Assembly (NCBI GenBank): GCA_963674745.2
Contig: CAXXDV010000001.1
Coordinates: 2,368,001 to 2,432,000, forward strand
Length of the DNA stretch: 64,000 nucleotides
Source of the DNA: Desulfosudaceae bacterium
GTDB taxonomy: Bacteria > Desulfobacterota > Desulfobacteria > Desulfobacterales > Desulfosudaceae
Direction of reading: 5' to 3'
The position numbers and the translations under genes were made by a program. Positions 61,263 to 64,000 of the stretch are shown piece after piece. Numbering within the stretch: the first letter of the stretch is position 1; every line of letters starts with the position of its first letter. A model generated the notes under the pieces. That model did not search any database and was not told the DNA's origin. It saw nothing but the letters and a program-made list of their open reading frames with translations.

Positions 61263-62129
61263 TTATTCCTTTGCCGCATCGTCCCCAGTCAAAAGCTTCG
61301 TTAAAAAGACGCTTTCATCTCGGCTTTTACAAAGTTTTCTGTATGCCTGTTCAGCGGCTTGTGTATCGGCAAATAAACCGAATACAGACGGACCGCTTCC
61401 GGACATCAACGCACCTGTCGCACCGTGCTCGAGAAGCTTTTGCCTGATGCGGTATATCTCCGGATACCGCGCGGCGGTAACTTCCTCCAGATCATTCATC
61501 AGGTGGACATGCGCGTCAAACACAGTCTTCTCTGTAAAAGAATCATATTTAATCGGTTTTTTTTCGTTTGTCAATCCAAAACTATAACTTTTATATACCG
61601 CTGCGGTAGACACAGGGAAAGATGGATTTATTATAATAACAGGCAGTTGTTTTAGCAGGGGGTAGGGGGTCAGAATGTCGCCGATACCTGTGGCCAGGGC
61701 CGGTGTCTGGTCGAGGAAAAAGGGGACATCCGCACCGATACGCACGGCTAACCTGTGTAACCTTTCTTGAGAAAGCGGACTGTCGAAGTGGTGGTTTAAC
61801 GCCTTTAGTACAGATGCGGCATTGCTGCTGCCGCCGCCCAACCCCCCGGCAACCGGTATTTTTTTTTCGATGACAATGGCAACTCCCGGGGCAAGGCCGG
61901 TTTGATCAAAAAAGGCCGACGCCGCCCGGAAGGCAAGATTGGTTTCATCACCGGGGACGTCTTTGTGGTCACAATGGACAGATATATGCCCGGTATCAAA
62001 ATCCAGCAGGATGGTGTCCGCCAGACCGACGCAACTCATCAGAGAGAACAGTTCATGGTACCCGTCATCCCGTTTGCCCCTGATGTGGAGAAAGAGGTTG
62101 ATTTTGGCTGGTGAGTATATCCGCATCAT
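61263..62129 (-). CDS. ispE: 4-diphosphocytidyl-2-C-methyl-D-erythritol kinase
   Basis: PAKINLFL, GGLGGGSSNAA, GADVPFF and MSGSG motifs. Confidence 0.95.
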   Translation of the reverse strand: MMRIYSPAKINLFLHIRGKRDDGYHELFSLMSCVGLADTILLDFDTGHISVHCDHKDVPGDETNLAFRAASAFFDQTGLAPGVAIVIEKKIPVAGGLGGGSSNAASVLKALNHHFDSPLSQERLHRLAVRIGADVPFFLDQTPALATGIGDILTPYPLLKQLPVIIINPSFPVSTAAVYKSYSFGLTNEKKPIKYDSFTEKTVFDAHVHLMNDLEEVTAARYPEIYRIRQKLLEHGATGALMSGSGPSVFGLFADTQAAEQAYRKLCKSRDESVFLTKLLTGDDAAKE

Positions 62130-62189
62130 TCAAAATTGCTGGTTGCCTGATATGTGGTGCTGTCAGGGGAACCATTCTTGAAAATAAAA

Positions 62190-63629
62190 CTATCTGGTCA
62201 TGGTTACGATCAGGAGCGTGCCGTTACTTTTTCTGATGACCATCTGCAGCGGATCATCCTCGTCGAGATCGTCTAAAATGTCCTTGAATGTTTTTACATT
62301 ACGGACTTTTTTATGGTTGATTTCAAAGATCACGTCCCCGGCATTAAGGCCGGCCATGTCACCTTTGCTTCCGCGGACGACATCTGAGATAACGACGCCT
62401 TCTTTTGTGTTGATTTCAAGCCGTTGAGCAATGTCGTCAGTTATGTCGGCAACGGTTATGCCCAGGGATGTCTCTTCCGGCTGTTCGGTTTTTCCCTGGC
62501 GGCTGATTTGCGAATCATCCCGTTTGACAATGGTAACCGATACCGTTTTTCTTTTCCCATCCCGCAAAAATTCGACAGAAATTTTTTCACCCACGGGTAT
62601 ATCGGCGATAATGGCGGTCAAATCGTGGCTGTCCGTTATATCGGTACCATCAATTGAAAGGATAATATCCTGCGGCTTTATGCCGGCTTCATCCGCCGGA
62701 TCCCCGGGAAAAACTTCCGTTACCAGGGCACCCCGGCTGTCTTTGAGGTGGAAATAATCGGCCATTTCCTGGCTGACCGGTTGAATGGCGACACCCAGCC
62801 ATCCCCGGGTTACAGACCCGGTTTTTTTGAGCTGGGTAATTATGTTTCTTGCCATATTGGCCGGAATGGCGAATCCGATACCCTGCCCGCTGGCGATTAT
62901 AGCCGTATTGATACCAACTACCTGCCCTTTCAGATTAAGAAGGGGACCGCCGCTGTTACCCGGGTTGATAGACGCATCGGTTTGAATGAAATTATCGTAA
63001 GGGCCGGCACCGATGACCCGGCCTTTAGCGCTGACAATACCGGCTGTTACAGTCTGTTCAAGGCCGAAAGGACTGCCGATGGCGACCACCCATTCCCCGA
63101 CTTTCAGCGTGTCCGAGTCCCCAATTTCAAGAAAGGGCAGCTTATGGTCGGTTTGAATTTTCAGCAGTGCCAGGTCGGTTTTGGGATCCTTGCCGACCAC
63201 ATCGGCGGAGAATTCTTTTTTGTTTTTCAGCTTTACGCTTATTTTGTCTGCATTTTCAACAACGTGGTTGTTGGTGACGATATAGCCGGCATCGTCGATA
63301 ATGAATCCGGATCCCAGGCTTCGTTGTTTGTATTCCCGGCCGTGGGGGGAATTGAAGAAACGCTCGAAAAAATCATTAAACGGATCATTTTGCCCGAACG
63401 GATGATTGAAAAAATGAGGATAACTCCTGTTGTTATCAGGGGCGGTATTGGTTTCCGTTCTAATATTGACGACTGCCGGGCTGACCGATTCCGCCAGGTT
63501 GCTGAAAGATTCCGGAACCAGTTTGATGTTTTGTGATACTGCGGACCGGGCGGTGGTGGGAACGAGCAGCACAAGCATGATTAAGATTGATGGTAAAAAG
63601 GCGCTGTGCCTGTACTTGCTGTTTATCAT
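62190..63629 (-). CDS. DegP/DegQ serine endoprotease with two PDZ domains
   Basis: Signal peptide; TNNHV, DLA and GNSGG catalytic triad motifs. Confidence 0.93.
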   Translation of the reverse strand: MINSKYRHSAFLPSILIMLVLLVPTTARSAVSQNIKLVPESFSNLAESVSPAVVNIRTETNTAPDNNRSYPHFFNHPFGQNDPFNDFFERFFNSPHGREYKQRSLGSGFIIDDAGYIVTNNHVVENADKISVKLKNKKEFSADVVGKDPKTDLALLKIQTDHKLPFLEIGDSDTLKVGEWVVAIGSPFGLEQTVTAGIVSAKGRVIGAGPYDNFIQTDASINPGNSGGPLLNLKGQVVGINTAIIASGQGIGFAIPANMARNIITQLKKTGSVTRGWLGVAIQPVSQEMADYFHLKDSRGALVTEVFPGDPADEAGIKPQDIILSIDGTDITDSHDLTAIIADIPVGEKISVEFLRDGKRKTVSVTIVKRDDSQISRQGKTEQPEETSLGITVADITDDIAQRLEINTKEGVVISDVVRGSKGDMAGLNAGDVIFEINHKKVRNVKTFKDILDDLDEDDPLQMVIRKSNGTLLIVTMTR

Positions 63630-63642
63630 ACCAGGTACCTCC

Positions 63643-63963
63643 TTATTGGCGATTTTTTTCCTGCACGAATTTGATCCGCAGGTCATGAAGAATGTGGGCC
63701 AGTAATTTTTGTTCGTCGTCGGTTAAGTTGCCCCTGGTCTTTTCTTCCAGCATGGCCAGGATATCAATTGTCTGTTTGGCAATAACCAGTTCTTTTTGAA
63801 TGTTTCCGGTCGTGGGATCCGCGATGGCGCCCAGGTGGACCAGTGCCGAGGAATTGAGCGAAAAGATAAAAGTTGAGAAGTTGATGGCCGGCAGATCCTG
63901 TTTTTGTCGGGCCGCTTTCTCCGCGTCGTCTTTTAAAATAAAATCCTGATCATTTGAAGTCAT
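63643..63963 (-). CDS. DUF1844 domain protein
   Basis: AKQTIDILAMLEEKTRGNLT..E motif. Confidence 0.8.
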   Translation of the reverse strand: MTSNDQDFILKDDAEKAARQKQDLPAINFSTFIFSLNSSALVHLGAIADPTTGNIQKELVIAKQTIDILAMLEEKTRGNLTDDEQKLLAHILHDLRIKFVQEKNRQ

Positions 63964-64000
63964 TGTTTTCTCCGACTTTGTTTATGCCCATTGAAAAAAA

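Overview
Core-genome window of a sulfate-reducing deltaproteobacterium (Desulfobacterales-like, inferred from gene content), dominated by energy metabolism. It holds a Na+-type F0 ATP synthase operon with an unusual four-hairpin c subunit, metF, a fatty-acid beta-oxidation cluster, the Wood-Ljungdahl acsD-acsA(cooS)-acsB-acsC-acsE operon (acsB has a 1-nt frameshift), and Moco and Tat genes. Further on are a tetraheme cytochrome c3, dsrABD-dsrN preceded by a TPR protein and a stand-alone YcaO, a cytochrome-linked rnfCDGEAB operon with atypical RnfC/RnfD and an RnfB-flavoprotein fusion, a K+-independent membrane pyrophosphatase, and the ispE-tRNA(Gln)-prs-rplY-pth block. No transposase, prophage or CRISPR array was seen. 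Intergenic regions carry several small repeat families: GTAG/CACGG REP-like palindromes, a MITE-like element and inverted octamer arrays. All calls come from motif recognition by eye; no searches were run.
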